Below the pieces are notes generated by a model, which saw only the letters and a list, made by a program, of their open reading frames with translations, did no database searches and was not told the origin of the DNA. A stretch of DNA of 64,000 nucleotides, from contig OZ024743.1 of assembly GCA_964016885.1 (NCBI GenBank), forward strand, positions 17,484,001 to 17,548,000. Direction: 5' to 3'. The DNA is from Eledone cirrhosa. Taxonomy: Eukaryota. Each line of letters begins with the position of its first letter. Position 1 is the first letter of the stretch. Shown here piece after piece: positions 62,144 to 64,000 of the stretch. The position numbers were made by a program, and so were the translations under genes.

Positions 62144-64000
62144 ATATATATATATATATATATTCATATATTCATATTTATATGTGCCATAAATTTAAGA
62201 GATAATTCTGTCAATTCCTGGATCCTCCATTGTATTTTCTGTTTTGTACTATAATTTTATAGCCCATTTAGTAATGGTTGTTCATCAAATAACCCCACTA
62301 CATATTTCTCTTATTGCAAATAATATTAAATATTTCCCTAATTCTATAGATATTTGTGAGTATGCACTGTTTATTTGCCAATTAGTTGGACAGATTAATT
62401 GTCGATGAGCCGGAAGTATTTAGGAGATAGGAAAATGCAAATGCATTATTGACTTTGTCTATTCATTCAGTGGTTGTAATCTGTAGTTATGTGGGTGGTT
62501 GTCTTATCTTTCGGAAAAGTGTTTTAGTGTAAAATATCCATTATTCTAATCAAGTGTTTTAATTTGACAAGCCCAATGGCTTTGTTTGAAGGCTGGTGGT
62601 TCCTAAGTGTTATCAAATGATAAATTAATTATTGACCTATTTGTTTAATTATTTTGTAGTAATTCATTCCTTTCAAAATTGGTAAAATGCGACTTAAATA
62701 TTTTGGCTGTTAATTCATTTTCCCTTTGCGTTGTTGCTAAACATTTCTGTACTAATATATATATATATATATATATATATTTGTGCCACTGAATACGTTT
62801 ATTACATGAACAGAAACATCTGGCTTTGTTTCTTTAAGTATATGAATATAGTTTTGCTGTTTTGTATATTCATTAATAAATGGGGTTAATTCCTCATCAC
62901 ATATATTTCGTTAATTATACTACAATAAATTAAAACTCAATGTTAACAGGTAGGGTTTCACTATTGAGAATTCACTAAGAGGATTATATTATGGAATCTG
63001 ATGTATTGGTATACAGAGTTAATAATCTCTGTGCTTTAATGGTGATCTGTAGGAAAATGGTTTTAGTATTTTTCAGTTCTTTCCAGAAACACGCTGTTTT
63101 TATTAGCAGATAGGACTAAGCCGGCGTTTGTTGTACATATTGAGTTCATCTAGTTCACATATTTCTGCTACGACGTAGTGTCTTTGGGTCGCATCAAATA
63201 ATTGTTTGCCTAGGTCTGATTGACAATAAATAGAAGGGTGTATCGTCAGAGCATTATAAGGATTATATCGACAGTACACGCGCCCATATAACCGACAAAT
63301 GTCCAATAATATCAAACATAACGTCTTAAAATTTACATATTTGCTGAATATTATTAATCTCTTTACTCGCTATGGCAGCTGGTTTAACGATTTAACGATA
63401 GAAGACTGCAATATGGAATTGTGTATCTTTATAGGATTTCGTTTCTTCCTTACTTTGCATAGTAAACATTCTATGCCTCCCTCGGATGCGACTAGACTGC
63501 TTTCTTATTTTGAAGTTTATGTCTGCGACCATTGTTAATCTATTGATACATATGATTTCCTATTTCGTAAATATTGAGAGTGTAGCCCATGGACAAAAGA
63601 TCCATGGGGAAAATAATTGTTCATTCACACATTAACCAAGTTTTTTGTCATTTATATCCTCTAGATTGACGAAAACTGAATGATAAATTAAGAACCGGCT
63701 TTAAATATTTACTGCATTCAATATGAACGTGTAAGCCGTTTTTGGTGGCGTTGCCAAGAATAAAATTTACTATGTGGTTTCATGATTATGTTTAGTGGTT
63801 TTCGTGCCTAATGCATTGGAATTTTACATTGAGTTGGATTTTCTTTATAATCTCGTATATTTTTTGTGTCGAGGCTTCTGTATGAAAGAGATCCTCCATG
63901 GAACCCTGAGGCTTTACGTTTTATTATGACAAATTGACAGAGCTGCAGTTTGGCAAATTTGATTTTCGGTTAGAAAATATTTTCCGGCATATACATTTAT

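Noticed and set aside
62400-64000. Possible ancient minus-strand retroelement fragments or host exons
   Set aside because: Only vague motif similarity; no consistent frame or splice structure.

Overview
AT-rich eukaryotic DNA, almost entirely transposon-derived. It is probably from an octopod cephalopod, inferred from SINE tails that resemble octopus SINEs as I recall them. No host protein-coding gene is evident. Main contents: (1) At least six Penelope-like elements (PLEs; RT + C-terminal GIY-YIG) and several short PLE 3'-end fragments, mostly in (TA)n tracts. They carry minimal hammerhead ribozyme motifs, including a U3-A8 compensatory core variant, and most are head-to-head inverted pairs ranging from ~0.15 to >5 kb with unequal 3' ends. 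(2) A ~21.5 kb pile-up (21.6-43.1 kb) of six co-oriented R4/Dong-type RLE retrotransposons from two families, plus an antisense L1/Tx1 element, linked by (TAA)n tracts. (3) A decayed Helitron (43.85-49.1 kb, minus strand). (4) tRNA-derived SINEs, ancient LINE remnants, microsatellites and one candidate pre-miRNA hairpin near 51.0 kb. All alignments and folds were done by eye; clade names are tentative and boundaries approximate.
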